DNA of 64,000 nucleotides from Chrysomallon squamiferum (taxonomy: Eukaryota > Animalia > Mollusca): the NCBI GenBank assembly GCA_012295275.1, contig CM022679.1, forward strand, positions 20,460,001 to 20,524,000, written 5' to 3'. The notes under the pieces are model-generated. The model was not told the origin of the DNA. It was given only the letters and a program-made list of their open reading frames with translations, and did not search any database. The first letter of the stretch is position 1, and each line of letters opens with the position of its first letter. Shown piece after piece: positions 1 to 20,200 of this stretch. The translations under genes and the position numbers were made by a program.

Positions 1-71
<71 letters not shown>

Positions 72-87
72 TTATTATTATTATTTA
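1..87. repeat. (TTG)n(TTA)n microsatellite
   Basis: Directly visible; explains the poly-Leu ORF 1..186. Confidence 0.95.
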
Positions 88-834
88 TTTATAAAGCCTG
101 CTTCACATTTTATCTTCGTTTTGGATTGGCGGTCTAAATTAGTACGGCTTAAAAAAATGCACTGGATTCGCCCCTCATTCAGATGACATTTAATATATTG
201 ACATAAATTTTTACAAAAATACTCGGAGGCTTCGGTGTTGCTATACAGAAAGACTACCATTTGAAACTTGAGTAACGTCGAGCTGTTGAAAGTGACTCTT
301 TTTATCGGGTGGTTTTACATTTTTATGATTTTTGTTTTCTTCTTAAATTTGATATTGATTGTTATATACCTGATTTTTTTTAAGTAAAGCTGCTGTTATC
401 TATTCGAAAAAATCTGTTAATTAGTAATGAAAATGAAACATTAAAAATATCTAATCAGACGAAAACAATAATATATATGTATGTATGTATGTATAATTTT
501 ATGTATTTACTACTTATAGAAGAGACAAAAATGACTGTATCGCAGTATCTTCTCTTTAGCATTTCTATTTATTTGTAATAATGGTAACAGTAGTAGTCAC
601 TGCAGTGGAATATAGTTATAGTAGTAGAGGTAGTAGTTTTCTACAGATACTGTTACCAAAGCAGCAGCTATAGTAATAGTACTAGCGATTTTACACTATC
701 AACGTTAATACTACTATTACTACAACTACTGTATGTACTTCTACAGTTACTAACTCGGTGGGACGTTGAACGTGCTTTCCTTAAGTTCGCTAATTTATTT
801 GTCAAATTATGATTGTGGATGTTTTAAAATAGTA

Positions 835-836
<2 letters not shown>

Positions 837-902
<66 letters not shown>
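837..902. repeat. (AG)n microsatellite
   Basis: About 33 perfect AG units. Confidence 0.97.
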
Positions 903-903
<1 letters not shown>

Positions 904-2194
904 AATATAAACATTTTAAAAATTAAAAAGTATAAGATGTTTCTTTCATTTTATTCTTCTTAGTTTATTTTATTACTATTTTTAAAAATTATTTTTAGTT
1001 ATACTCCTTTTTTCTTTATTTCTTGAATTTTAATTTAACTTTTTTTTCTCTTTTTTTTCGATTTTCGTGTTGTTTTTTTTTCTTCTTTTTAAATCTATTT
1101 CAAAGAAAATTTTATAATTGATTCTGGAATGTTTTTTTTTTTTTTTTACTAAAACATAAAGTCGATTAGTCTTAATAAAAGGCAAATATTGTTAAGATTA
1201 ATATAGTTATTAACATCAATTAAGATTAATAGAATTTTAATGTAAAATGGATTTTAAAAAAAAAAAAAAAAGAAAAAATATGAAGAAACGAAAAGTAAGA
1301 GAAAAAAGAGTTTTTAATTTAAATGATTTGTGACATTTGAACAAAAACTGTAATAATATTTATGAAATGAAAGAATGAAAGAATGAAGGCAATTATCAGT
1401 TTGTCTAGATCAATTTGGCTTTCTCATCTCTTTTCTTTCTTCTCTCACTCTAACAACAGTAAAGTTTGGGTATGTTTACCTTCACATGCGCTCTAACTAG
1501 CTAACATAGACAGATACTCGTGAAGTCATTCAACCAAACACACCAACTAACAAAAGAAATAATAATAATAACAACAACAACAACAATAATAACAGACGAA
1601 GAACGACATTAACAACACAAATAAGAGGAAGAACAAAAATGATAAAGACGACGAAGATGATGATTACGAATGATTACTGATGATGAACACGACAGACTGT
1701 TGATGATTATACCAAACATTTTATAATCTACGACAAGAAAATCTTAACTAACAAATGGAAGAACGTACAGCTCGCGCATCAGCTAGTTTATTGGAAACTG
1801 AACATTTTCAGAAACAACCTTTGATAGGGATTTTAATTACGATTCTTCTTGTTTATATAGAAGTAGAACTGATTGAATTACGTGCTTCTTTAGATCAAGG
1901 AACGGTATTAAAGATACCCGACCATTCAGTGTTAAGATGCAATCTTGTAAATTCCATTATGATTACAGGGTTCAACAAAAACCAGGTAAAGAGCCATGTC
2001 AGTGGATTTTTTAAAATTTATTTATTGATTTTTTTTTTTTTTTTTTTTAATTTTAATTTTTTTTAATTTTTTTTATATATATGAAGACATCGCGTTTTAT
2101 ATCAAAGGAAACAAGCGCGGACGACATCCCTGAAATTAATACAGGATAATTAATAATCTAATCAATGCATTAGGAATAAACTTACAAACTGGCT

Positions 2195-2234
<40 letters not shown>

Positions 2235-4829
2235 CGACGAGGTAATTTAATCAAAACTAGTTATTAAACTAAGGTGTAATTTTGCAATAGGTCAAGAGAC
2301 AACACAAAAGATCAAACGATCTTGATAAAATTTGTCATTTTCTTTTTTTACCTGGTTTAATGAAGTAGCTGTATAATGGATTTTTTTTAATGACTTCTAA
2401 GGAAGATTAAATTAAACTGAACCTAATTAAAGAGTTTGTAAATGAAAACCAGCTTCGAGTTTCTGCAACATGTTTTTCATTAATTTTATATATATATATT
2501 AAACTGTCTTCATTCTTAAAAATATTTTTCTTTCCTAGTTATTGCTTTTGCTATTCGCGTTTCCAGTAGTTAGGTAAAAAGTGCAGACATTACTGTATCA
2601 ACATGATCTGAAAACGACGGAGGTGTGTTATTGTGGACGCTCGCGAAGAGAAAGAGATATTAATGAAAAATATAATATAGCTGGAAAATAAATAAATAAA
2701 TAATTCCATTAATAATTAAATAGTTGGCCATTCATTTTGCACACACACACAGACACGCACGCACGCACACACACACTCTATAATGCAATTTGCAACATGT
2801 TTTAACATTTTTTTATCATTAAAATAAAATGATATAAAATAAAATAAAAGTAAAATGAATGAATGAATAAATAAATAAATAATTTTTAAAAAATCAGAAG
2901 AAAGTAAAATCAATTAAAATGTCAACTATTAATTAAAATTAAAGTTACCTTGTTTTTAATCAGACTAAAACATAGCCTTTGAAAGTTTATTATTATTATT
3001 ATTTTTTTTTTTTTAATTATTTTTTTTTAAATGTCATAATTATTATTAGCTAAGATTTGGATCAAAATGGTAAACGTCGTTATATAAAATATAATTGTGC
3101 TTTCTTATTTTATCCGAGTACAAAAAGCTTGTTTTGTTTGTGTTTCTGCAAATTATTTAGGTTTACAAATTAAACACCGTGTTTCTGATAGGTTAGTAAT
3201 CAAAGTATTAAAAAAACAACTAACAACTAACAATAACAATAACAATAACAATAACAATAATAATAATAATAAATCGTTTTGATACGTAAAAATACTTTTC
3301 TAGTGAATTTCATTGTCTGGATAAAATACTAGGACTTTATTCACACCAACCAGTATTCTTGCATTTTGTAACTGAAGTTATTATTATTACTACTACTACT
3401 ATATGTTACTATATTTGTTCTTTGTTTGAATTTTTTGTTGTTGTTGTTGTTTCTTTTCTTCTTCTTATTGTTATCAATATTCATATTAATTAAATATGCA
3501 AATCAATTTTCCACCGACAAATTCTGAGACAATAATTAATCTTATTTTAACTTTTTCTAACTTTTTAAAATATTATTATTTAATAAATTTAAAATTAATT
3601 ATTTATTTTTTTTATTTTACCCTTTAATTTTTATTTATTTATTTTCAGAATATTTTCTTTTTCATTACAGTTCTTTTGAGAAAGAGAGAGAAAAGTTAAG
3701 AAAAAAAAAAAAAATCATTTTTTCACAACTGTATAAACATCTTTTTTGCTAAACAAACGATAACTGCCAGAACTTTACAAATAATCCTCTCTTTAAGATC
3801 ACAGAAGATAAACGACCCGCTTTAAAAATGTAGACAGATACCCTGACATTTGACATTTATTAGGCACGTCACCTTTCAGATGCTTCTGTTGTTACGTTTG
3901 GCAGGAGTATCACTTCCGTTACCCGATAACCGTCAAATTTAGTTGTTGTCGCGGACTGATAAACTTGTACAAGTTATTTCCCTTGAACTGTTAAATATTT
4001 TTCTTTTTAATTTTTAATTAATTTATTTATTGATTTATTATTTAATTTTTATTTATTTGTTTATTTATTATTATTATTATTTTTTTTTTTTTTCTTGCTG
4101 CCAGATTAGAAACATTGTCTAACACAAAACAATAAAGTATCCAGAATCGGTAAATTTGACAATTTATAATTAATCAAAGCTTTGTTATCTAGAATATTCA
4201 GAATTTATCAAAGTGAAAGTGTGGAGTCAGGTTTTAGATATTGTTAGGAGAAACTTTACTGAAAACTCTGATCCTCAAGTAAATTCTATTTTCATTTAAA
4301 TTTAATAACAAATAAAACATATTCCATTAAAGTAACGATAATTATTGAATGAATTTCGATTGTACTCTGCTGTACTGAATAAATAAGTAAGTAAATAAAT
4401 AAATAAATGGAGTTTTAAAAATTGATGGTCAGTTGTCAAAATTATTTTTTCTGGTATTGTGGACACACACATACACCTAATTTTATTATAACTTGTTATT
4501 TCTGTCATAATTTTACACAAGATATTAATACTTAATCTACAATTCAAGTAATTCTTAGGAAAACAGTTCCTTTCCAACTTACACTTGTTTCAATCTGAAA
4601 TACTTTCACTGACTATTTCAAATGGCACTTCAGCAGATGAGAAAGAGGAAGAAAGTATTTTCAGTTTTGCAACGCTCTTGAATGGGTTATCATGGTCTTA
4701 CAGTGCCCAAATTTTAAAATCTGTTACCATTTTGTTTTTCATCATTTAAGTGGAAACAGATTTATGGTACAATTCTGTCAGATTTTATGATGCTGAATTT
4801 AAATGCACATATTTTATCTTGTAAGCATT

Positions 4830-10049
<5,220 letters not shown>

Positions 10050-10299
10050 CTGAAAGAAAACAAATACAACCTTGTTTTGGTAGCTGTTATTACTATAATT
10101 TTATAACTTTCAAGATGTGATAGGTTTACACAGTTTTATATGACCTTTTTATATCTGCAGTAGCAGTATTAAATTAAGACAAATAATTATTGCAAACTGT
10201 TGAATAAAACTTCTGCTAACAAGGTGTTGATTTAAACTGAAAGATTAGAATATGTTATACTGATAATAATTAAACTTAAAGGTTTATTATTATTTTATA

Positions 10300-10930
10300 T
10301 AAATGGTTCGTTGGAATATTCCGGTTGTTCATAATCATTGTGAAATATTTAATTCACGATAACCAGATAATTTTGTGCTTAACAAATATACACAAACACG
10401 CAGAGAAGATTAGCATTTTCGTTCCCATATCGTTAAATAACATAAAGTGATTTTAATATTTATAAAACGTATTTTAAAACACCAGCGATATCAGATCAAA
10501 ACAGACTATAAATATCAGGACCAACAGGAACGATAACTCGTAACGGTATAAATAAGGTCACGGGGCAATAACGCCTCTAGACATTTCGCCGATTTAATGG
10601 GCACAAACAACGCGTAAATGTTCTTTTTTGCTGGGTTCTGACAGGGGAAACATTGACAATTACAAAAGTTAATACATTAATCTTTACCGAATTATAATTT
10701 CAGTTTATTATGCATACATGTGCACAAAAGTAATCAAGTTTGAAAAGTTTGATTAAGTTAAAAAAATAGTTACGAAAGACGCGCGACAGCATTGTTTGGT
10801 AATATGAAAACAATCATCGTTATCTTTATCAGTGTCAATCATAAAAAGTTCAGAAAACAGACGTAAAATAATTGAATTTGGAAGTTTCAAAAACCAAGAT
10901 GGCATCGTCAAACGCCGATCAGTGTTTAGA
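10300..10930. promoter_or_regulatory. Candidate bidirectional promoter between divergent TBCD and PIGQ copies
   Basis: Lies between head-to-head genes, has visibly more CpG than flanking introns, and has a YY1-like CAAGATGGC at 10895-10903. Confidence 0.45.
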
Positions 10931-11662
10931 AACTTTTAAATACTTTTAACTTTTATATATACATATATAATATAAATTAAATATTTATTTCCATTTTCAA
11001 TGCATTAAAAGTTGTATTTACATGTAAAAAGCAAATTGATCACGTGTTATTTGAATGATTGCCTTGATACATTCATTATAACGCTTGATGCAGTTTTACA
11101 ACAGAAAATTGAATTAAAAAATTAAAGGTCCGCCAACCGGCCGTATACCAAAAATAGTTAAATTTTAAATTTTCATTCTTTTTCGTTAAAACTAAAAAGC
11201 ATTCAACTCCAGAAACATGTACTATTATTTATGATAACAATGAGTCCTATTTTTATTTTTAAAGTCATTGGTCCATGCTACTGTAAAGCACTTTGACATA
11301 GTACATACTCATAAATCATTCGTAAGATATTTCACTGATCATTATACACATTTTGAAGTCTGATTTCTTTGATCTCTTTAAATTCTTGCAAATTATATGT
11401 TTGGTCTTCTGATTCAGGGCTAGTTTCCAGTGTTTGCTGTATGAATCAACCAGAAATATAATCATAGCTATCTCCGGTCTGTCTTCAGTCAGTCGATGAT
11501 TCTGATCATGCCAATTTTTCTTTACTCATAATCCTCCAACTTAAATAAAAATGTTTTTCACTCCTTGTGACTTATAGGTTAAACTGTTATAACTTACTTA
11601 TAATGACTTGATTATACTTTCTAATTTTATAGACTACTGAATCAAATAATACATTCATAATA

Positions 11663-12405
11663 CAGTGGTACCTTGACTTATGAGTTTAATTCATTCCGTG
11701 GCCGAGCTCGTAATTCAGTTTGCTCCTAGGCCTATATCAGATCAATCTTTCCAACTGAAATTAATTGAAATACCATTAATCCATTCCAGCAGTGAAAACC
11801 ACCCCATTTTTTTTTTTTTGTAATGTTTTTTTAAATAAGAAAAATGTATTTATAAATGACAAATATTGTAATGACAGAGAATGTAAAGAAATTAATTGGT
11901 TTTGTAAAGTGTATTTATCTTGAAGATCCGACACATTATTTTAATGCCTTTGGCTGCAGTTACAGCCTTTATCGACTCCTTCAGCTTCAGTTTGGTACAC
12001 ATCGTAGAAGTACTACGCTCATTCTGCCTAGCCAAGACGCTCATGTTTTTCTATGATTCCATGCGTTAATTCAATGAACATCATCCGCTTCTTCTCAGCA
12101 TTGTCCTTTGCACTCACTTCTTACGATCCATGGTCAGAAAAAAGAAATTTTGCAAAATACTGCACAAAACACGAACACAACACAACAGAGACACTTCCAC
12201 AGCGAGGTAACCATGTGAAGTAAACGAGAGACGCGGGATGCTGGGTGGATGGTGTGTTGTTCGCTGTGCCAACTGCTGGCGGTGTCTCTGAAGCTCACTT
12301 GTAATCGGATTGTGGCTCACAATTCAAAGCAAAACATCGACTAAGTGACTGCTCGTAACTTGGAAAACTCATAAGTTAGGGCATTCGTAAGTCAAGGTAC
12401 GACTG
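11663..12405 (-). mobile_element. Internally deleted Tigger/pogo-like (Tc1/mariner) DNA transposon
   Basis: TIRs CAGTGGTACCTTGACTTATGA and reverse-complement CAGTCGTACCTTGACTTACGA; TA TSD at 11661-62 and 12406-07; degenerate minus-strand remnant (~11925-12130) resembles the Tigger N-terminal HTH (SAKDNAEKKRMMFIEL..IIEKHE..LARQNERSTSTMCT.LK.KESIKAVTAAKG). Confidence 0.88.
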
Positions 12406-12633
12406 TATTTATGATTTTTTAATAAAGCATTTGTAATTTATTGAAGTAATATATATAGTCATCTGAACTCTATCTCTCTCTCTACACATATGAATTATGA
12501 ACATAATTGTTTAAAAGAAAAACAGTAACCATAGTCTTGTAACTAAGTTGAATCATCTACTTCAATTTATCCATTCATGTGAACCAGTTAGGGGAATGAT
12601 TAAAACTTTACAAAGTTTTTATTGCTTGTTTTA

Positions 12634-12672
<39 letters not shown>

Positions 12673-12696
12673 TTTTTTTTAATTTCAGGAAGAAGC

Positions 12697-13836
12697 ATGT
12701 CAGATATCTGGAAAGTTTTTGTTCCTTATCAACTTCTGTCAGTACATTGTGGTTACTTCATTGGTTACATTCATGAGGGAATAAGATGTGTATATGCACA
12801 CTGCATGAACACAGAGGAACAAAAACCACTAGTACTGCCTCCACTTCAAGTTATTGGAACCTGGCACACATCAAACACAGAATATAGTCTAAGCAAACAT
12901 GATCAAAACATTACACCTTTATTAACAGATGATAAAAGCTTCAAGTTCTGGCTTGTTATACAAGAAAAAAGTTCCAGAATATTCTCATATTGCTTTTACA
13001 AATTTCAAAAATAGAGGAAAGTTAAATAAAAATGTCATTTGATTCTTTATGATCTGACAAATATTTTATCATCCTATATCTGCAATAAATCAAAGAATCT
13101 TCTTGAAGAGCATTAATCAAATGATTCCAAGGAAAGTTCTATGGAGACTTTCAAGCCACTGAATTTGGAAAAATTACAGAACTCTTCTCTTGAATCCACT
13201 GAAACTGTTTCAGGTTTAGTTTCCACTTTATATATGTTCAAGACTTTTATGACATTAGAGAAAAATCGTGATCATTGTAGCACATGGACAAAAAGCCGTG
13301 GGTTCTGGCTGTCTTGGTTATCAAAATGGTTTTGTTACATTATTCAGTGCTTCTCAGGAATTCTGCTGTATATTGGTGGAATGTTGGATAATCTGTAAGT
13401 AATTTTTTAAACCTAAATACAAATGGTTTTATATTTTGCAGAAGATAAATTACCAGACAAATAGATCATTTAAAAACAGAAAAAATATAGAAAAAATAAA
13501 TGAACAATAAAAAACAACAAATTAATACTTCCTAAGACTGAGTATAAAAGAAGTTTTTTTGGGGGGGGGGAATTATTGTTATTATTATTTTTTTTTCTAA
13601 TTCAATTTTCTCCCAATTTTCTTAAATACCTATATTTATATAATACAATAATAATACCAAATGAACCTTATGTTTCAAAGGAATGTGTTTTTTTTTTCCT
13701 GTTTTAGAAACCATTCTTTGCTAGCTTACTGGACTGATGTACCCATGTTGACTCATCAGCTTCACGTAAAGTATCACCAAAGAAAAACAATGAACACAGC
13801 TTTTACATCTGTCAGCACTCCATTAAATAAATTATT
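12697..13836 (+). pseudogene. PIGQ: PIG-Q/GPI1 (GPI-GlcNAc transferase subunit Q), 5' fragment with in-frame stops
   Basis: Exon 12689-13394 (ATG 12697) and phase-compatible exon 13708-13836. WKVFVPYQLLSVHCGYFIG, LQVIGTWH, FWLVIQEK and CHLILYD align in order with the PIGQ N-terminus (LKAFFP..GLLVG, VLGTW, WLRL, MLIFYD). Stops: TAG 13012-14, TAA 13027-29, TAA 13114-16. No exons for the conserved Gpi1 membrane domain seen downstream. Confidence 0.72.
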
Positions 13837-14961
13837 GTGAGTATCTTTTAATGTGTAAACATTGGCTTGAATAATTTAACCTTTCCATAAAACATTTTGT
13901 ATAATCCTTATAATCAGATCATTGTCTGCTTCAGTATCTGAATTGATACTAACATTTCAAGGCATTCATGAAAGCATTAAATCTTAACCTAATTGCTTGA
14001 TGCAGAAACTAATCATTATTCAGTGTCAGCCTTTCATGAATTTCAGTTTCAGTTTCATTTAAAAAAACATTTGATACTGTGAATTGCAGTAGTATTTAAA
14101 TAGTTTTTAAACTGTATAATCATTGTAATTTTATGTGGATCACATTTTTCCTAGAACTAGATTTCATAATGTAATTATTGTCTATATCTTACTGTGTGTG
14201 AGTATGTGCTTGTATGTAGAGATACACCATATTTTTTGCTGGTATTATTTATTAATAATGTGGCAAATTTATACTGGAAATGTTGTAAATGACTATACTT
14301 TGTTACTAGTATATCATAGTGCTCTCTTTTTTTTAACCTTACTAAGGTTCTGAATTTTAGCTGCTTTTTTGTGCAGTTGTCTCTTCCAATTATTTTTCAC
14401 TGAACTGGATTGGTTACCGATATTCCAGAATAACTGATGAAATTTCAGCTTGACCAGCGCAATTCTTACAGTTCAAGCAAGATAGTATTCCATTTTAATT
14501 ACTGACTGATGATTAATGGTGTAACATAATGAGAAAAACTAAATATTTCCAATTTAATATAAATATATATATATGTATAATTATATTAAACCTTTATTGT
14601 AACTTCAATACATATAATGTTCTGACATATTACAGTAAATAAGTATATCATTTTTAACCAGCTTTTTCAAATTCATCAACTTTTCTCATATATTTTAAAA
14701 TTCATCTTTGAGAAACATTATATATTTTTATATTTGTTAATTTTTATATAGTTTGAAATTATAAATCATCTTTTTACACTGATTTACTTAGCTTCATTGT
14801 GACCATAGAATGATACCCCTTGGCAAGTCACTAAAAAATCATTCATCTTTTTCAAATTAAGAAATTATTATTATTATTAATAACTTTTTAAATAACCATT
14901 CCAATTTTGTTTATAAATAACGTAATAATCAATTTATTATTTGTTTCCCTAAACAAACAAT

Positions 14962-15076
14962 ATATAGTAGACAGGTCAGTGTGAACTGTTATCAATCCTC
15001 TTGGTTAGCCAATCTCAAAATATGTCGGAGCAGATCCATCACCAATAATGTTGTACTGGATGTTACCATATTTTCC
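14962..15076 (-). pseudogene. Isolated degenerate cadherin-repeat exon
   Basis: After acceptor TTTCAG: GKYGNIQYNIIGDGSAPTYFEIG*PRGLITVHTDLST, a typical mid-EC segment with TAA at 15007-15005. Not in the ORF track. Confidence 0.7.
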
Positions 15077-18000
15077 CTGAAATAAGTAAACAAATATAAA
15101 ATTGGATTAAAAAGTGAGAAATTACACAACATCCATTTTATTTATGATATGGCTTTAAGAAATATAATATACAAATTACCACTTGTAGAATTTTTTGTGT
15201 TTTATATATTAACAGTACTTAAAAAATAAAAAATAAAAGCTATATAAAAGTTAAGTTTTCATAAATATTAATAACAGATAGAAATATGTTTTTATTAAAA
15301 CAAAATTTGAGAGATTTAGTATTTTTCATATGAATGAATAAATAAATTAATTAATAAAATATAATAATATAAAATATAATATAATTTGTACCAAGACATT
15401 TAAAATAAAAAAAAATAGAGTAAAGTTTGCTACTGAACTTCAGTAATAAATAAATGAATTCTGCCACCAATGTAGATAAATAATGAAAAAATGAAATAAA
15501 TAAATAAGTAAAGTTTACTGCTAAAGTGAGTACCAGGGACATAAAGAATACGATATCATGAATTGTCAAAATTGCCTATGCACAAAATCAAGACTGACTG
15601 AGTCACAGCGAACTCTCTGTTACACAGTCACTTTCATTTAATGACTGCATGAACAATATATACAGTGGGTTTATCATTATTATTTTTAAAATTCAAACTA
15701 AGCTTAAAAACACTAAAAACCAAAAATAAATTTTAATTTTCATCTTATTTATAAATAGAAATAAAGTCAGATGTGTAGAAAAAGAAGCATTGAAATAAAT
15801 AAAATGTAAACAACCCATTCCACACCCCCAGAATAGTTTTATTTTCATCCTTTTCAGGGTTTTTTACATGGAATAATCAGAGAATTTTTAAATAGATAGA
15901 AAAAACATTAATTTAAATTCTGAGGTTACTGTACATGTATTTTATTGTGACTTACAATGTGGTGGAGAGTCTGGGTGGACAGTGGTGGTGAAGAGGAGGA
16001 AGTTATTGTTTGGAAAGCATGGAAACACTGGTAACACTCCTTCAGTGGTTTGTTTTCTCTCTTTTTGGCACCTGGCTCTGCTTCTTTATACATAAGGAAA
16101 TGATCAAAAGAAATTTGTTTGGTTCTTTGTTGCAAAATGTTTCTGAAGTGTCACATTGTGTTATCATTCATCAACATTTAATATGAACTCATCTTAACAT
16201 CTGGCAAGTAATGGATATGAACTGAAAATCTAACACTGAGCTTCAGCTTCAAGAAAATAAAACAGTTTTATTCAAAATGAAAAGTGGTTATGAAAGTTGG
16301 AAGCGGTTTATAACCCAGTCCTCAGGAAACAGGTTCAACCTTCCTTACTGCATCCATCTTTGCTGTTCTAACCAGCACCCTATGACTTATTTATCAAAAA
16401 CCATGACATATGCTTTACTGTCTGTGGGACGGTACACAGCATGAACTATCCACTGCAGTTTATCAATTAGGCCACGCAATAGTAGTTTCCATTTCCAAAT
16501 CACTGTTTAGCAAAATCCTTTCTGTAACAATATAAAATCAGTTTGATAATGCTGAGGGCATTTCTATTGTTTTTTTTGAAAATAAAACAAAAAATGCTAT
16601 CTACTCAGAGACTAAGTGTCTTCATCCTTAATGTGCATTTTATAATCATAATGTACTCTTTCTTCAAACCAACTCTATATTAATTAATTAATCATTTAAA
16701 ACTAAAATTTGTTTTAAAAAATTGCTACAAACAACACTATTACACTAATATTTTATTTTAAAAAAGTAAATATATAGAACATTCTCATGTAACATGGATT
16801 ATAAAAATAAAAAATATAAAGATTTATGAGAAAAGAATGCGGATGTAAATGTTTTTAGTGCTATTCATCTCATAATTGTTTTACATGAACCTGTTCAAGC
16901 CAAAGAAACTGCACGTATAACAGCATGCAGTCTAGGCTACCTGTACAAAGCTTGCCTTGTTTGTGTTTAGTGTTATGTATATTTGTTAACTGGTTTACAA
17001 ACTTAATATTCAATATTTAAAAATAAATAAATAAATAATAATAATAATAATAAAATAAATAATATATACAGTTTTACATACAACACGATTTTACACACCT
17101 AGGTATTAATGTAGAGGCATTTTTATATCTACGTGCACATATGCATAGACATATGTACATAAACAGACATATTCAAAGGCATTTCCTAAATCTAAATCAC
17201 TTAGTATGGGATCAGCCAGCTTACCTATACATCATTTATTTTAAACTCAGACTATCACTAGTTTATAAATAAAGGTAACAAAGGAATAACAATACCAGCT
17301 ATTCTTCGTAAATTGGAAGTTTTAGATGGTTTTATATTTAACTCTATACGCTTAATAAAAACAATATTATGTAGAATATATAGATCATATATACATAAGG
17401 TCTATTAACATATTAATAGATATATGCAAATCTAGTTTTTCTGAAAGTTAGTGTCTCTGAGTTTGTGATTTTTTTATTATTATTTTTTTTAACCTGCTGT
17501 AGATAAGTAGTAAATTTGAAGAAAATTCAGTTACATTTACATCTGTCATAATTAACACCTCTTATTTAATAATTTTAAGTTTATATTCTGATTACCATTT
17601 TCACATGCATTTTTGATACAGATATTTATATTTGAGGACATCTGAACATTTCTGCACACAGTAGAAAGTGGGTGGTTCTTTACACAGGTCTCTCTCCGAC
17701 ATTGAGATTTATTTTTACAAACAGAATTATACAGGGCCTAATAATCGCAAGCTTTTTTCTTTTTCTTTCTTAGATTCCTTTTTTCCCCTCTTTCTTTCTT
17801 TTTTAATCTTCCTGCTTTTTCATTTTTTGTTTGTTTCTTTTTTTTTTTTTTTTTTTGTTGCTGACCGATAGTTTTTAACTTTTTTTTTTATTTTATTTAT
17901 TTATTTATTATCATTTCATTTTTAACATCAAATCTATAAAAGTAATTATATCAGAACAATTTGTTATAAAAAATTTACTAATGTTTATATATATATTGTC

Positions 18001-18293
18001 ATTTATTATTATTTGTTGTTGTTGTTGTTGTTGTTTTTACATAATTAGACTGCAAGTGGACTAAAACATATGTCACGAAAATTTCTGATTTTGTTATTTT
18101 ATATAAATAAATTGATGTTTTTTTTGTTGTTTTTTTTTTTTTTTTTGACCATTTAAATCAAAAAAAAAATAAATTAATATTATTTATTATTGTTTCCAAG
18201 GTATTTAAAATGAATGTTTTTACCCATGTCTAGCAAGAATTTAATTTTAAATTTATTTATATATTTATTAATTTATTTATTTATATATTTATT

Positions 18294-18333
<40 letters not shown>

Positions 18334-19009
18334 ATTATTATTATTATTATTACTTTTTCAAATAGGCTATTTAAATTGCAGAAGTAAAAAGTTTAAGTTT
18401 GACAGATTTGTTTGAATATATTTTATAGTCATACATATTAATTAACTAGAGCACCAAGAAGGCCAGAAAATAGTCATTTTTAAATATTGACTTTTAATAT
18501 CCATGATGATGTTTTTGTCACATTATATTATGAATGAATTTGACATTCAAAGTATAACATACATAGTATGTAATTACAGTTTCACTCTTGTTGACATTTT
18601 ATTGGCTGTTATTAATTTTGCAAAGATGGAGGTGTTACTCACCCAACCGGTTTGGAGATGAGTATATTTGAGTAAAATCACCCGGATCTTGAAAGCTATT
18701 CAAAATAACGGGTTGGCACTACCAGCTATTGTTGGTATAGGAGGGTATATCCAGCAACAAATCAGAACCTGTATCACAAGGCGTGGTGCCGGTTGACATT
18801 GCAAGTGATTTTTCTTCTTAACAAGAAACCAGTATCATTTATTGGATTTAATGCAGTTGATCTGAACTAACACAGCAAAGGAGGTATGTTTATAATCATT
18901 TTATTTTTAATATTTTATTTGTTGTTTTTATTTCATAGTCAGAATTGTTCGAGATATGCAGATGAACTTTTCAATAACAAGTAAAATATTTTTATTATGA
19001 ATACTTATT

Positions 19010-19041
<32 letters not shown>

Positions 19042-19842
19042 TTTTTTATTTTTTATTTTTTAACAGTAAACAAAACTGTTATTACATGGCAGTGAGTATA
19101 TGAGATAGGTGAAAATAAATATATTACATTTTAAAGATTTTTATGATTTTCAAATTAGTTTATTTTTTATTTTTTATACTTGCTTTCTAACTTTCTTTCA
19201 CTAAAATGTGAAAAATACCTTTAGTACAATTTCTGTCAAAGTTTGCTTTTCTGACACATTAGTTTGCATTTCCATTTCACTCAAGAGTATTATGATATAG
19301 TATCTAGTATAAAATCAAATATAATGAAAATAAGTTTATATCTGTAAAAATATGTTTCAATCAATTTATATTTTGTATTTATATATTTATGTATTGTGCA
19401 CTTCCAAAGATACTTACAGTGATAGACAGTCAGTTAAACATTATCATACAATCATATACACACATAACTACAGACGCACATACCCAAATGTTCAACACAG
19501 ATGCAGATCATTCATAAAAAATATTATTTAAATGGTTGTAAATTCTTCTCACTAAACTGTATGAGAGACAACATTAAATACACACGTATCATATTAAAGA
19601 CGACAAAAAAAAGTAGAATTTGTGTATACGCTTCACTGCAAATATTTTAAATGTTTTTTCTTGTGCTTTTTGGAAAAAGTATTTATATTTGTGTGTGTGT
19701 GTGTGTGTTTGTGTGTGTGAGTGAGATACATTAAGAAAAAAGACTTTAAATGCACACAAAACTCTTGTATTTGTCATATTCAGTATTTATAATTTTTCTA
19801 ATTGTAGAAGTTTGACTAAGACACACAGACTGCCACACAGCC

Positions 19843-20148
19843 ATGTCTTTGTCTCAGACAGTGTGGTTAGTGCTGCTAGTTACATGTTCCATCAATCCAA
19901 GTAAACAGGCAATATACAGTAAGGCATTTCTATATTTGTTTGTTCTACATAATCTGTATATGTGTAAGAATACTATATTTTGTTATCAGTAATATTAACA
20001 GATATCATAATTAATATTATAATGTATTTTAAATACAAGTTAATTATTTACATTTATTTATTTAGTATGTACATAATGCTGTTTTCAAAGCTTATTGTAT
20101 ATGTACATTGTATCAAATTATTTATTCACTGTAAAGAAAAAAAGGATG

Positions 20149-20200
<52 letters not shown>

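Noticed and set aside
1755-2066. 103-aa ORF with a possible donor at 1986
   Set aside because: No recognisable homology and no phase-compatible partner exon.
4105-4278. Two small plus-strand exon-like segments (..YSEFIKVKVWSQVLDIVRRNFTENSDPQ) after a CACTTCCG motif at ~3912
   Set aside because: Short, frame ambiguous and no recognisable family.
13012-13116. Stop-codon reassignment (TAA/TAG read as Gln) explaining in-frame stops in PIGQ and the unknown gene
   Set aside because: The cadherin EC exons and PARP copy 2 have no such internal stops, PARP ends in TAG, and neighbouring copies also carry frameshifts; pseudogenisation is simpler.
14330-14510. Minus-strand Cys-rich stretch (NGILSCLNCKNCAG) resembling a transposase tail
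   Set aside because: Too short and stop-ridden; no TIRs found.
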